Source of the DNA: Phoronis australis
Lineage: Eukaryota; Animalia; Phoronida
Direction of reading: 5' to 3'
Assembly (NCBI GenBank): GCA_002633005.1
Contig: NMRA01000345.1
Span: forward strand, 333,131-397,130
DNA length: 64,000 nucleotides
Of the stretch, positions 49,333-61,645 are shown piece by piece (the first letter of the stretch is position 1; each line of letters starts with the position of its first letter). The translations under genes were made by a program, and so were the position numbers. The notes under the pieces were generated by a model. It saw only the letters and a list, made by a program, of their open reading frames with translations. It was not told the origin of the DNA and searched no databases.

Positions 49333-50643
49333 CTCGGGGGGGGGGGGGTCACTTATAATATTGACAAGTTGCATGCAGGCGTGTACCAAAAAGGGCAGGT
49401 AGGCGGTATTTTTTCAGCAAGTTTTGCCAGACCATCGCCATTCCTGTTACCTATGTGTATCCCTCCATTAAATCCCCTAAACGTAGATGCCACAGACACA
49501 GTGTGTACTTCATGACACCTCACTCAATTGTCGCACCACATACGCAAAATTCCTTCTTCCCTTCCTCTCATGCATCATTGCACTTTGTGCACTTTGCACT
49601 ACACCCTCACACTTAGCCAGCCAGCTAGCTGTATTAAGACTATCGTCAGGTAGATACCACTATGTGTTTATCTTCCATAGACCCCGAGATTGCACATAGC
49701 CAGGGTAGTTCTGCTTGACACCTCGCCGTGAAACTTGTATCAACGTGTAAAGCTGAAGACCAGATAGGGAGCATGCAAAATCTGGAAATCAACCGACACT
49801 CACCTTGCCCTTTACAGTCGTTTAAGTGAAAAACAATGCAACAAACGTCATTTTCTTGCGTAACTCTCCACCTTTTGTAACCATGAAAATTATGTCGTCA
49901 TTTTAAAAACGGTAGGCTTGTGTCACACGCATGCACCACTTACTAAAATTTTGCGACATTCGCAGCACCAGAAAATTTGCTGTGAAATTTGGTTTGCTGG
50001 CATTTAAATACTGAAAATCTGTAACGAAGTAAAACCATTTTCAAAAATTTGTGGTGACATGCACGCAACCTCGTGAAAGACGAACAATTAAATGAAGAAT
50101 CGGTGAAACAAGAAACTGGCCAATACGTGACGCAATATTTTGAGGCGCCGAAAGCTAACGCAAAAGATTGCTCCACTACTTTAGGTGCAAAATAACGATA
50201 GAACGCCAATTTTTGCAACACCGGTAAATAGTTTAGATTACTCAAGGAAGGGTGTAGTTTTTAGTGACACTAACTGTGTGTCAGATTTTATCTGGTGATT
50301 TTTTTACCCACATCGGCGCAAAGCTGTATACTTAATATACAGCTTTGTACCAAGGCTACCTCACACTACACGCTTGTACATACACGTCTCTCCATTGCAC
50401 TTTTAATTTTGTAACATGCGCCACCTAAGGATACTAGACTTCGAGTGTGTAGTGTTTCAAGAGAGAGATAGAGGCCCACGCGGGTACCAATAGGCCCCTA
50501 AATTTCATTGCAAAAGGGGGTGAGGCAGAAAAGTCAACTCCACAGAAGGAGTGAGAATTAGTAGACCTGGCACCAGCAATAGGGTGCCTCTCGGTAATTC
50601 TTGACACATGCAGGCACCTTGTCAATATGAGTGACCTCCCGGG
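49333..50643. mobile_element. TIR element with C(C/T)CGGG ends, hosting the nested AcademH-like copy
   Basis: Left end ctcgggg..ggtcacttataatattgacaag, right end cttgtcaatatgagtgacctcccggg. Flanks tactagta and ttctagta could be an 8-bp TSD with one mismatch. Confidence 0.75.
49614..50358 (+). mobile_element. Non-autonomous DNA transposon, TAGCC..GGCTA ends, 9-bp TSD (AcademH-like), copy 2
   Basis: TSD CCTCACACT at 49605-13 and 50359-67. Homologous to 4808-5547. Confidence 0.88.
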
Positions 50644-51009
50644 TTCTAGTACGTTTTTGATGTTGAATATTAAATTCAGATCCATGCTAATTGTGTTATC
50701 TTAGAGGTGCAGTTAATTACTGTTCCCCGGGTGGAACTTTTTAATTTCTTTTAAGGTAAATTGTAAAAACAACATATTTAACATTTGTAATTGTTTGTGT
50801 GGTTTGAGAAAAACAAGGCAAGTTGTGGAGAGAAGGAAACACTGTTTTAAACACTCTTAAATACTTCCAGCTTTTAAAACACAAACACTCTTTGAGTTCT
50901 CCTATTCATCAACAAACTGTTGGCCTTTTTACTGTTAACGCAATGCCTATTCCAGAAGTCATTCTAATACTGCAAACACTTATAACCCAAACCAAATGAT
51001 TTGTAATAG

Positions 51010-51191
51010 GGCAAGCTGACAGTGACTGAGTGGTCGCCCACGGTGAATGGACTGATACTATGTGGAGATGATAAAGGCAATGTGTTGAGTTGGGAGCCAT
51101 CTTCAGGATATGCAAAGTACTACAAGCCTGAGAATGGCGTCTTATTCTGCTTGGCTAATTCACCTCATCAGAAGAGTGTTGTAGTAGTAGG
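51010..51191 (+). CDS. GEMIN5: GEMIN5 exon 2
   Basis: GKLTVTEWSPTVNGLILCGDDKGNVLSW...LFCLANSPHQKSVVVVG. AG/GT sites in phase. Confidence 0.9.
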
Positions 51192-51513
51192 GTAAGGTCA
51201 GATATCTGTATGTAAAAATGGCTTGCAAAGTGAATGAAATGTACTTTTTGTTCATCTTGGGTATTAGTGTCTTTGCCTTTTGAAGCAGAACTTTTGTCCT
51301 TTTAGGGGAAATTCCTACCAGTCCCAATCTCAGGGTTCCACTTTAAGTAATCAAGGGTACTGTTGAACTTGACATAAAAAGGGAATATCTAATCAAATTA
51401 ACAAACCCGTCCGCTTGATTGCTCTGCACTGACTTAATTATTTCATCAAAATTTTTGTTTTGAATTTAAGATTTTCCTGGCCTTTCTTCATTGCCTTGAA
51501 CCATTCTTTTCAG

Positions 51514-51650
51514 TTACAAGTCTGGCCTAATACTCGTCCTGGACTTTTCCACAGAGGGCGCTGTGCTTCATCGACTAAGGGGTCATGAGGATGAGGTACA
51601 CTGCGTCACGTGGTTCCCTCTACCTGAAGCAGAATGGGTTGCATTAGCTG
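51514..51650 (+). CDS. GEMIN5: GEMIN5 exon 3
   Basis: YKSGLILVLDFSTEGAVLHRLRGHEDEVHCVTWFPLP. Confidence 0.93.
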
Positions 51651-52128
51651 GTATGCACTTTGCTACTGATGGTTTGGGTGTTGATTTTTCCTGATATAAC
51701 ACAAGCCTATGTTTATTGAGTATTGGAGAAGTTGCAGTTTTGTTTTTCTGCATAATTGGTGATTAATTATTTTTTACCAGCACAACATTCTTTTTGTTGA
51801 AAAACTTGTCACTGTGTTTTGAATGTCATAAATACATAAAAGTAATATGGCTTAAAATGATTTTTGCACACCCATGTGGAGAGGGCCTTGTTTCAACAAA
51901 GCCCATCAATACATAAATGAATTTTTGCTTACAATCTGTATGAATGTTGTTCTGGTATTGGTACTGTAGTCAAGAGAAAACTAGTGAACTACACATTTCT
52001 TCAACTGCACCTCCGGGGTTTCGGAAAGTCAATGGAAAGCTCATTTTAAAGTTTACATAAATTATTCATATCTAGGATACAAAGTAAAAGATAGCCACTT
52101 TAAGTAGGATTTTCATATTCAATGCTAG

Positions 52129-52360
52129 GCAATTCAGAGGATGTTCCCAATTCATGTGGAGGCTTTCTGGTGGCCTCTGGTAGTCGCGACCGAACAATCC
52201 GCCTCTGGAGTACATCCAAAGGCAGGTGTGTACAAACGCAAAAGATCCCGACTAACACGGGTCAGCGACGGCCACGCCACGAGGACAACTCACGCCAACG
52301 ACTGTGGCTGACTATGACGTGGGCAGACGTGGAAGGTCGTTTAGTGTCATCCTCCAACAG
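52129..52360 (+). CDS. GEMIN5: GEMIN5 exon 4
   Basis: LVASGSRDRTIRLWSTSKGR...RQRLWLTMTW...LVSSSN. An alternative in-frame acceptor lies 9 nt downstream. Confidence 0.9.
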
Positions 52361-53354
52361 GTAGGCGTGAGACATCATTTTAGCCTTGATTTAGGTGCTG
52401 AACACTGAAGCAGGGCAGTATGCAGATGTACCCAAAGATGTGAAATTTTTATGACTTGGCAGATTGTACACGAATTCCATAGTATATGTCACTGTGCTGT
52501 CCTGGATGATCTTTGGTGAAATCTACTTGTGGAAGTGCTGTACATGTATTTATCAATTACACAATTTTTAATTTATTTAAAGCAGAATTTCGCCCAATTT
52601 AGTTCGCTAAGAACGAAAATTGAGTAGGGCCTTTCTGTCTTCAAAAGTCAGTTGGCCTTTTATCTCTTACTCTCAGTGATAGTATTCTTTTTCATTAATA
52701 ACATCGAAACTGTTTGTTATGAAAAAATTGCTTCGGAGTTCATTGGAGTTGGCCTACCCTAAAATTGCGAATTTGAAAGTGGCACTTTCAAAATAATAAT
52801 ACAGCAGGGCTGCTTCCAATGTCATCAGTTTTTAATTCTTGATAACAATGAAGAATGAAACTGATTTTTATGGAAGATATTCTTAACTTGCATCGAACCA
52901 TGCCACTATGCACAGGTTTTATGTAAATCTCTGATACCGCTACACCAGTGCGTTGTTTCTATGCCATTCCTCATTTTTGTGTGTCTCGGCAGTGCATGCA
53001 TCCAGTCCTAATGATTGCCATTCTTAAATTTTAGATTTTGAAAATGGTGGACATTCTTGACGAAACACATTCGTATTGAAACACTTCCGTACAGTTCAAC
53101 ATTTGCAATTGTTTTTTAAATTGGTTCTTGGGTTTTTGAGGGGATTATTGAATTCATGTGAACTAACACCTACGTTAAACTTAGCACCCATACCTAAATT
53201 ATTGGAAATTTCATTTTTAGTGGACATGTGTTGTTACACTCGGTTTACCACCCACACCTTGATTCTTTAGTTTCTTGGTTTAAATTCCCTGAGGGTTTAC
53301 CCTTTTAGATATTGTAGATTCAGGGACACGTTTTTACACAATTTCTGTTTTCAG

Positions 53355-53496
53355 TGGCGAACTCTTGCTATGGGACTTCAAGAAGGATGGTAAGCAAAAG
53401 TGGGAGACCTTCAATGCCTACAAGTCTCACATCAGAATCGTGTTCAACATATCCAGGTGTGGTAATACGCTGTGCACGATCTCCATGGACCGCCAG
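53355..53496 (+). CDS. GEMIN5: GEMIN5 exon 5
   Basis: GELLLWDFKK...HIRIVFNI...LCTISMDRQ. Confidence 0.93.
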
Positions 53497-54712
53497 GTAG
53501 GCATAAGTCATTCACTTGGGGATGGAATTCATGGATTTTGTTTGTTGGAGCTGCTCATCAGGCACTCTCAGGCTTTGTGGTTGCATCTCACCTGTCCAGT
53601 TTTTTGCTTGAAGGAAAATATAGAGTGTCCCCCATGCTGTGTGATGGTCATTTCCTTCTCTTGGGCCCAATATGTCGTGCACAGGCTCACCTCGTGAAGC
53701 AGACGAACACAGTTGGACTTTTCTAATATTTGCCGAACAATTCCGGTTTTTGTTTACTTCCTGCAGTAATTGGAGTGTGTGCCTGGATTTGGTGTGGCAA
53801 CTTCCTAGAAACACTTGATTTTTACCGGGTCGCCAAACAAAATCTGAGGCCGCATTGGGACTTGCAAGTCGTAGTCAAGCCCTGGAATACATTCAGATGA
53901 GGCAGTAGTTTACCAGCAGATTGACAAACAAGATGCACTGGTTTAAGTGTTGGTCTCAGTGCAACTTGGTGGAAGTTTGCGCCAATTGTCAGGGTCAAGC
54001 AAGATACACCTGTGCTATGTCAGCTGCCCATTTGAGCACCACCTGTTGTCAAGGCAGAAGTGATCATCTCACCTTTGCTTGTTCAGAGGTGTCAAGGGCA
54101 TTCTTCTTAATATTGTGACATTTTTATGGACAGCAAAAACTAATGCAGGCTCCTAAATCATATTTTATTAGAATTCGAATCATCTAATCCAGAGTCAAAG
54201 AAAGGTCACCGTCGGTGTAATGGCAGTTGGTTCAGGTTAGATACTACCTTTCTAAGATAAACTGATTGTCTGCCTGCTTAAAAAGCTACAACGTTAAATG
54301 ATCTCTGCACATTACATATATCTGCCTCCACTGTCTATGCTGCATGAGATAACTGCTTTTCCGCACTTGTTTGTGTATACAATGTCTTATGCTGTCTGTA
54401 AAAAGGAACAGGTGGTTTGTGATAGATAGAACCCAAATGCCTTGATGAGGGTTTTTGCAAAGGACATCCAAGCGGTTGCTGAGACATGACATCTTGCTTC
54501 AATGTCTGTTTGCTCCATAAAAGTCTGTCGTGTTGAGCTAGCCATTGACAAACTTTATGTATGAAATTGAGTGTGCAACGGCCACTTTTGTATCTTTGAT
54601 TTTTCTATGATTATTTTTATTATATTGTCTGTCGCAATGCCAATTTTTACTGCATTGCCAAGGGTTCTGCTGATAAATAATTGTTGTTTAGCTTGTGTCT
54701 GCTTCCATTCAG

Positions 54713-54809
54713 ATCGGCATCTGGAATCTGGACTCTCTGTTGTGTGATCACTTAGTACCATCTCTTGGAGGGTTTGCGTACTGCATCGCTGTGTCCAGCC
54801 TACACCCTG
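54713..54809 (+). CDS. GEMIN5: GEMIN5 exon 6
   Basis: IGIWNLDSLLCDHLVPSLGGFAYCIAVSSLHP contains the Gemin5 PSLGGFAY motif. Confidence 0.93.
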
Positions 54810-55186
54810 GTGAGTTCTGTCTGTTAAATGTTGTTAGCGTGGACATGTAATGTGAACTATCGCAGTTCATGATATGTGTCGCCAGTGTACAAATACTTGT
54901 GCTCACTATATTATAAAAATGCATTATTAATTTTAAACAGATGTATGAATTGTCAAACTGAAAACACTTTATAGTATATGTTATTAGTTATTGTTCAAAG
55001 TGATCTATGTAATCATTTAGCAGCACGGTTGTCATAGTGATCACTCCATGCTATATTAAGCTGCTTGTTACTTTCATTGGAATATTCATCAACCTTGGGC
55101 TCGAAACAAAACATCCTTTTCAGTATTTTCCTGTTGCTTGTCTCATTTCATAGCATATTTTGTCTTCAGCACATTTGTATGTTTAG

Positions 55187-55302
55187 ACAAACTCGCTATC
55201 GGGGTCGGTGATGATATGATCAGAGTGTGGGATGTGAGCAACCTCGAGCGACCTTATGAAGCAGACGTCATCTGGCAGGGGGTCAAGGGAAAGGTCACAT
55301 GT
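55187..55302 (+). CDS. GEMIN5: GEMIN5 exon 7
   Basis: KLAIGVGDDMIRVWD...IWQGVKGKVTC. Confidence 0.94.
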
Positions 55303-56079
55303 GTAAGTATACTGATGGTTTAATGACTTGGTTAGGCCTAGTCCCTATGATGTGTTGTGGGTTCCACAAAACTGAACTCTCTAATTGCTCTTGCTTTTTG
55401 TATGTTGTTCCTGATTTGGTGTTATTTTTGAATGCTTTATTCATCTGACTCAAATTTGCAGTCTTGCATCAGACATTTAACATAGGTCTCTGTTGAAAAG
55501 ATACCCAGTGGAAATACATGAAAAATATGTTCCGAGAATGTGCCCCGCACATTTATTTAGGAAAATTTTCAGGTTTGAACCGTAAATCATTCTCTCTTTT
55601 AGAGGAAATTGAAAATTTGAAGTAAAACTGAATTTACGATATTTCATTAACAAGTGGTTTCTGTTACAATCTGTTATTGAAAAGAGTCTCCTGGGAATTC
55701 TTCATGCAAGGGCTGCCGGCAGTGTTACTACACCTAGGTGCGCATTGGGTACTTCAAGGTTTAGGCCTTGGCGTATAGTGGCTTTTCTGGCCCCGAAAAT
55801 GCCATCTGCTGAGTATGCACTTGTGGTTCCGTCTATGGAAATCTTTTGTAATGAATTGTAAAAGTATCCAGGATGTGCATGTTTTAGTAACTATGTTCTA
55901 GAACTGTTATGGAATTGTTAGCATTCACCTGTTTGATAGCTTGATAAATATTGCTACTGTAAGTATGAACAATGTCAAACAAGTCTTTAGCGAAATATGT
56001 CAGTCACAAATGCTTTCCATCCTCGGTGCTACCCCAGTACCAAACAGTTATTACTCTGTGTTGTTAAACTAATTTGCAG

Positions 56080-56165
56080 TTATCCTGGCATCCCACCAAT
56101 GAAAATATTCTGGCCTATGGTACTGAAGACGGCAAAGTAGGCGTTCATGATGTCGCCTCCTCCCG
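56080..56165 (+). CDS. GEMIN5: GEMIN5 exon 8
   Basis: LSWHPTNENILAYGTEDGKVGVHDV. Confidence 0.94.
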
Positions 56166-56676
56166 GTAAGAAAAATGCAACAAATTGCGGGCCATGGTTA
56201 GATTTAATTAACTGCTGTTACCGAGTTGTAAGTTGTATAAAGACATCTATAAACGTAATCTGAGTTTGCTCTCAACGAGTTCATTTTTAGTGACCTCATT
56301 CACTTAGGTGGAAACATGCCCGTGCCTTCTGGAAGAGATTTTCCCTCCGCCGTATGTTGCGAGTTTCAGCTTTCCTGCATCAATCTCAAAGTTAAGGCAT
56401 CAAGGACCTGATATTAATTTAGAACAAAATTCAAGTTCCAGTTAATGCTTGGCTTGTACAGCTGGTAAGCCATCAACTTTAATGTATTGATGTTAGCTGG
56501 GAGGGGTTGCCAAGTGTATCTTTTAGTAAGATTTATAAACCATCGGTGTCGAAGAGAGTATGGATTTGTTTACATTTTCCTTCGACTTATCACAAACGTC
56601 TGATTCTTTGCCAAAATGATGTCACTTAAGGACAGCTGAGAACTATTTGCTTTTAATGTATTCAACGTCGTTTCAG

Positions 56677-56753
56677 ACCTGCTCTCATCTCTTCTACCTA
56701 CCACAAGAAGACTGTCTATGTTGTTACCTGGGGACCACTGCTACCAGATACAG
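56677..56753 (+). CDS. GEMIN5: GEMIN5 exon 9 (GC donor)
   Basis: PALISSTYHKKTVYVVTWGPL. The best in-phase donor is CAG|GCATGT. Confidence 0.88.
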
Positions 56754-57393
56754 GCATGTCTTGATGACAGTGTAATGATAATGTATACTTTAGTGCTATT
56801 CGTTTTCCCAATTTATTGACCAACTTGGTTACTTTACAAATCATGTTTTTGGCCGGTTGGAGCAAGTCTTTGAATGAACAACGTGCATTTATTTGTGTGA
56901 AAGTGACGTGTTTCAATTGTATTACGAAATTCGGGTTTCAAGAGTAAGAGCTTGCATTCTAAACCTTGGGACTTTATTCTGATCTTTTAGTACACACCTC
57001 TTGTTTACTCCATGAGTAAGGAAGGGAGTATAGCATACGCCTTACATAGCTACATAGAACTGCTGGAAGTCTAACGAGGTTCACAATCTCACTGTCATGT
57101 GATACCTATATTGGTAGCTGTGATTGTCTGCTGCTTGACATTTGATTGAGAGTCATTCATTGTCTGACCCCGATTGCAGATCAAGCAGCAAGTTATGCCA
57201 CACGTCATGTATTGGCGAGTTGACATTTCCGGACTTCCAACAAGTCTATGTAGTGATGTAATGGCATATGCAACGCGGCCTTTGTGTTCAGATTGGTTAC
57301 CGTAGTAAAGTTTATTTTCCTGACTCGTGTTAGATTGACGAAGCCTTTGTTTTGTGTCTCTAACCTTGAGTTCTTATGATGACGTTAACACAG

Positions 57394-57509
57394 GCTCGTC
57401 CCATTTTGCCGTGTACAGCTGCGGTGATGGCAGTATATTGTTGCATAACCTGAAGAAGATGGATAAAGAAGCCAAGAACTTGCAAGACTTCCTTCCTGAC
57501 CAGCACAAG
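57394..57509 (+). CDS. GEMIN5: GEMIN5 exon 10 (GC donor)
   Basis: SSHFAVYSCGDGSILLHNLKKMDKEAKNL. Donor AAG|GCAAGT. Confidence 0.88.
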
Positions 57510-57852
57510 GCAAGTGTGTGTGAATCTATAGCAACGGGCTAAGTAATTTTAATGCAAGCATGTGCATGCTTTCAAAGGGCCTAGTTTGTACGTTGATACT
57601 AATGTAATTATACATTTACATTTAAGATGATTTAAAACGCTAAATATACCATCTTGGAAAGCCTGGAGTGAAACGACTTGTTCCAGAATTTCGATCATTG
57701 CTTCTGTTAAAACCAAGTTCAAAGCAAATGGAGACCCTGTTTAGAACTAAATAGGTCTCCACATGTCTCGTGTGGATAATCAAACTGTATGGAGATTCCG
57801 GTTAAGTTTGCCTGAAAATTGAAGTTTTTTAATCAGTCAAAACTGCTTGCAG

Positions 57853-57926
57853 GAGACGACAAAGATTCGCAGTGAGATATGCTGGAAGCCAGATTTCTCC
57901 TTTGTTGCTTTTGGCAACAGTGATGG
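57853..57926 (+). CDS. GEMIN5: GEMIN5 exon 11
   Basis: ETTKIRSEICWKPDFSFVAFGNSDG with GG|GTGAGT donor. Confidence 0.92.
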
Positions 57927-58577
57927 GTGAGTGCAATGTGTTCTCTGATGTATTTATGTGGACAATTTGCTAGTTATACTTCAATGGTAAACCATCTACT
58001 TTGAACACTTTAATTCTGTTCTGTTCAATAGACTGATCTCTTTGGCTTATTTCTATGCTCTTTGCTCGCATGACCTTATCTCATGAATCCAGGTCTATGA
58101 ATGTGTAAATTTGCTTATGATTGGAAATGAATCCAGGTCTTTCTGTCTTCTGAGAACCAGTTGGACAGATTTGATGTTGCAATGTGGGACAACATGACAC
58201 GGTTGATTCTTCAACTACTTTTATTAACAGTTACCGTACGGTGAATTTTAGCGATAACCATAGCATCATTAAGCTGATAAGTATGGATTCCAAAATAAGT
58301 GAAATAAAAATGGAGGACTAGCTACTTGTACAAAACTGAGCAAATGACACCAGTAATGATAAAAACATGTAACACTGGCTTGTATGTAGAGTACACAGTC
58401 ACGTACCTTACAATAGCTTTCTAATGTAATGTAACAACTCTAAATGTGGGGGGCTGCGTCCAAACCGCGCTCAATAAAATCGCAACTCACAGAAACTTGG
58501 TTGCTAACACCAAACAACTAATTAAGGCAGAAAACTGTTGGCTAATAATTCATACACAACAAAGAGCATAACTTACA

Positions 58578-58593
58578 TCGCCATCTAGTGGCA
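58578..58593 (-). promoter_or_regulatory. CTCF-consensus site
   Basis: Minus strand TGCCACTAGATGGCGA matches CCASYAGRKGGCR. Confidence 0.45.
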
Positions 58594-59103
58594 AGGAGGC
58601 GTATTTCATTGTGTCGTTACCCCATCACTCTTGCACACCTACAACCAAAACCATATTGACAAAATATGAACCATTAACCACTTCACAGGGTAGCCAATAG
58701 AAAATCACCTGACTGCTAATAACGTTTGGTTAACTTAGAGAGGCATACATGCGCGTACAAAGACATACGGAAACAAATGAACAAAAATTTCTTTGTATGT
58801 CCGCAGCAAATTTTAGAAGTTTCCGGTGTATATTTTGTACTTTGCCAGTCACGCACAACTAACTGGTTTTGCTTGTAGTCTTCTAATCTTTAGTCTTTGT
58901 GCTGCTTGAAACCAATGCAAACTGTTTCGTAATTCTTGTTCATTTGTAGCTATCTCTTGTGTCACTGTTATGTGTAACAAATGTCAAATGTATCTTTTTG
59001 TCTTGTTAAGAGTAATACTCACATTCTCATAATGTTTTGAAGGAATCAACACATTGTCAGGATGACAACACTAGTTATGTTTCCTTGTGTGTTTTGTTTA
59101 CAG

Positions 59104-59300
59104 ATCTGTCGAAGTTTACTCCGCCTCCGACTGGGCCCTTCTCTGTACCATACAAGTCCACAGGAAACTCATCAACTGTCTTCGCTGGCATCCTCAGTAC
59201 ACGGTTTCTAATAGCAACCAGTCACCTCTCCACTGTTGGCTGGCTATTGGCTCAAATGAGCTTAGCATAGATGTCGTGGATTTGAGTCAAGTACTGCTGT
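59104..59300 (+). CDS. GEMIN5: GEMIN5 exon 12
   Basis: SVEVY...LLCTIQVHRKLINCLRWHP...WLAIGSNELSIDVVDL. Confidence 0.94.
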
Positions 59301-59506
59301 GTAAGTTGATGGAAAAGATTTATTCATTTTGTGTTTATTTCTAGGATTGTTTAAATGTGTGATTAGGTGGATGATTTGTGTTTCTTTGACTGGTTTTCAA
59401 AGTCCCGACAGATGTTTTGGTAGTTCCATCTGTTGGCCATTTTGTCTGTAGCCGTAGCGCTTTTGGCTGATGAAATGCCGAGCTCTTTGAATCAAGTTGT
59501 TAACAG

Positions 59507-59784
59507 CAGACTTCTGTTTCGTGAAAAAGTGACTTGATACGTTAGTCAGAATTTGGTCTTAGGTTCCATGCATCTACTTAAGAAAAAATAGTTAAATGTC
59601 ACTTGTGCAAAAGTGAAAAGGCTCAGAATAACCAAATAACTGATAGTTAACAAGATTATTTTATATTTAAGTTATTTCCAGCCTGTGATGCTCTCATAGT
59701 TATTTGACTAAAACTTTTATCAGCAATTCAGAAGTGGGAGTGAAAAATTTCTGTCGTGAGTCACTTTCATGAAACAGGCCTCTG
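59507..59784. mobile_element. PIF/Harbinger-like MITE
   Basis: cagacttctgtttcgtgaaaaagtgact and agtcactttcatgaaacaggcctctg are inverted ends. Related to 29409-29677. Confidence 0.6.
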
Positions 59785-59987
59785 GTACCAAGTGGCAGTT
59801 TTTGCCGAACCAGAAATATGAAAATTGATTGAGGAAAACTATGAGATAAGGTTTATAACTCAAGTGGTCTAAATCAAAAGTTTTTTGTAACAGATACCTA
59901 GTATGTTTAATTTGAATAAATAAAAATTACTTGTAAAGATGCTTTAAAATATGACTGTAGAGGCACCATGATTCTGTCTTGTTTAAG

Positions 59988-60130
59988 CTGAGCGACCTGA
60001 TGGCGATGTGGCCACTATCGTGACAAGCTCCGTGACCTTGGAAGGTCATCACAACAGGGTCACATGTCTCTGTTGGAGTCCACATGCGGAAGGACATCTG
60101 GTGTCAGCTTCGTATGATGGATCTGCCCAG
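59988..60130 (+). CDS. GEMIN5: GEMIN5 exon 13
   Basis: TLEGHHNRVTCLCWSPHAEGHLVSASYDGSAQ. Confidence 0.93.
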
Positions 60131-60539
60131 GTAGTGAGCATTGGACGATTGGCAAAGGAAGCAAATGTGTTTTAGTTTTTCGCTATCATATCGGGACAAA
60201 GATCAGATGGTTGTCAAACTGCAGTCGGATAGCAGCAGGAAGCTGGTATTGCGAGAAAGCATGCCTGTCTTATGATGCAGTTTGGTTTTGAGGGTATTAT
60301 TCTGAAAAGTGAGGGCAAGCTGGTGTATTGAAAACCATTTCCAACCTTCAACCTGTGAATTGCAACTGTATTCACTGTAACTTCAGCATGTATTACAAGC
60401 GGATTTCACGTAGTTCATCAAAATGGTCTTGACTGTTTTAATTTTATTCTTCTGATTCATCAAACTTCAACTTGTTAAGGTTATTTAGGACTATAGAAAG
60501 CATCCAAATTTAACTAACTTTGGACTATCATATATCAGA

Positions 60540-61008
60540 AATAGCTGATGGAATTTATATAAAACTTTCAGATACCATACTTTATGTGATGTGCTACAAA
60601 GCATTGAAGGATTTTCTTAAACTGTTAACTTTTACAAGAATGGCTATCAAAACATGGGGTTTGCGATTTTTCTTAAAAATTTAAAAATTGTTATTGAAAA
60701 ATTAAAATTTGCATTAAATGAAAAAATGATCATATAGAAGACAGTAGCAGCGCTTTTTGGTATTTCATCTCGACAATCAGTATCAAAGAAATTTGGTCAT
60801 GCTATTGATGCGGTTGTCTTTCAATGAAATCATTGTACCTTAGTTTCTTTCTTGCTAAATTTTACTAAAAACATGGTCATGCGATGCAGTCAATGGCAGA
60901 CTGGTATCGAGTCAAAAATCAAATTCTACAGGTATTTTACTTTTAGAAAATACATTTATTTACTTATCGCGAGTTAACTTCTAAATGTTTTGTTGATATT
61001 TGGCTAAT
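60540..61008 (+). repeat. Old interspersed repeat, related to about 29770-30207
   Basis: Shared colinear blocks. Boundaries are approximate. Confidence 0.6.
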
Positions 61009-61139
61009 GTCAAGTGTTGTGTGGTGGTAAGTAATACATGTCAACACGGTGACATTTTGGTGTATGGAATAATATCTTCTTAAATGTCTTGGTGGACAAT
61101 ACTTATCATTTTAACTTGAATCATACTGTTATATTTCAG

Positions 61140-61311
61140 GTATGGGATGTGGTCAATAAGAGACCGTTGGCCAACTTTCGAGGTCACAGCGGTCGCGTCT
61201 TGGGAGTTCAGTGGAGTTTGACTGATCCCGACCTTGTGTACAGCTGTGGCGATGATTTCACAGTGCGCTCTTGGAAGATCTCGAAACAAGAACATATCCT
61301 TCCAAAGAAAG
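61140..61311 (+). CDS. GEMIN5: GEMIN5 exon 14 (last WD40 repeat)
   Basis: VWDVVNKRPLANFRGHSGRVLGVQWSLTDPDLVYSCGDDFTVRSW. Confidence 0.94.
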
Positions 61312-61385
61312 GTTTTGTGAACGAATTTCTGTTAGAAAATGCTAGCATTAGGCTGCCTCTAGTGTACTTTCCATTTGTAAAGATT

Positions 61386-61640
61386 CATGCACGCACCCAG
61401 CCTTTAATATTGGGGGCTCAAATTTCCGACGATGTGGACCTTTTACCGACAAAAAAGCCGAAGGATTAAAAAAAATGGGATACCACATCCAGGGCTGTGA
61501 ATTGTGCGTTTGCATCTTTTTAGTAGACTTTTTGTCTTGTTTTATCGGACTTTTTGTTTCTCTGGGACAGACCTTTTTGTCCACTTCGCCAAATGGGGGG
61601 CCCATTCCAGCCCCCCGAGCCCCCCCTGTGTGCGCGCATG
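61386..61640. mobile_element. CA..TG MITE with 5-bp TSD (hAT5/Transib-like)
   Basis: AGATT|CATGCACGCAC...GTGCGCGCATG|AGATT. Confidence 0.8.
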
Positions 61641-61645
61641 AGATT

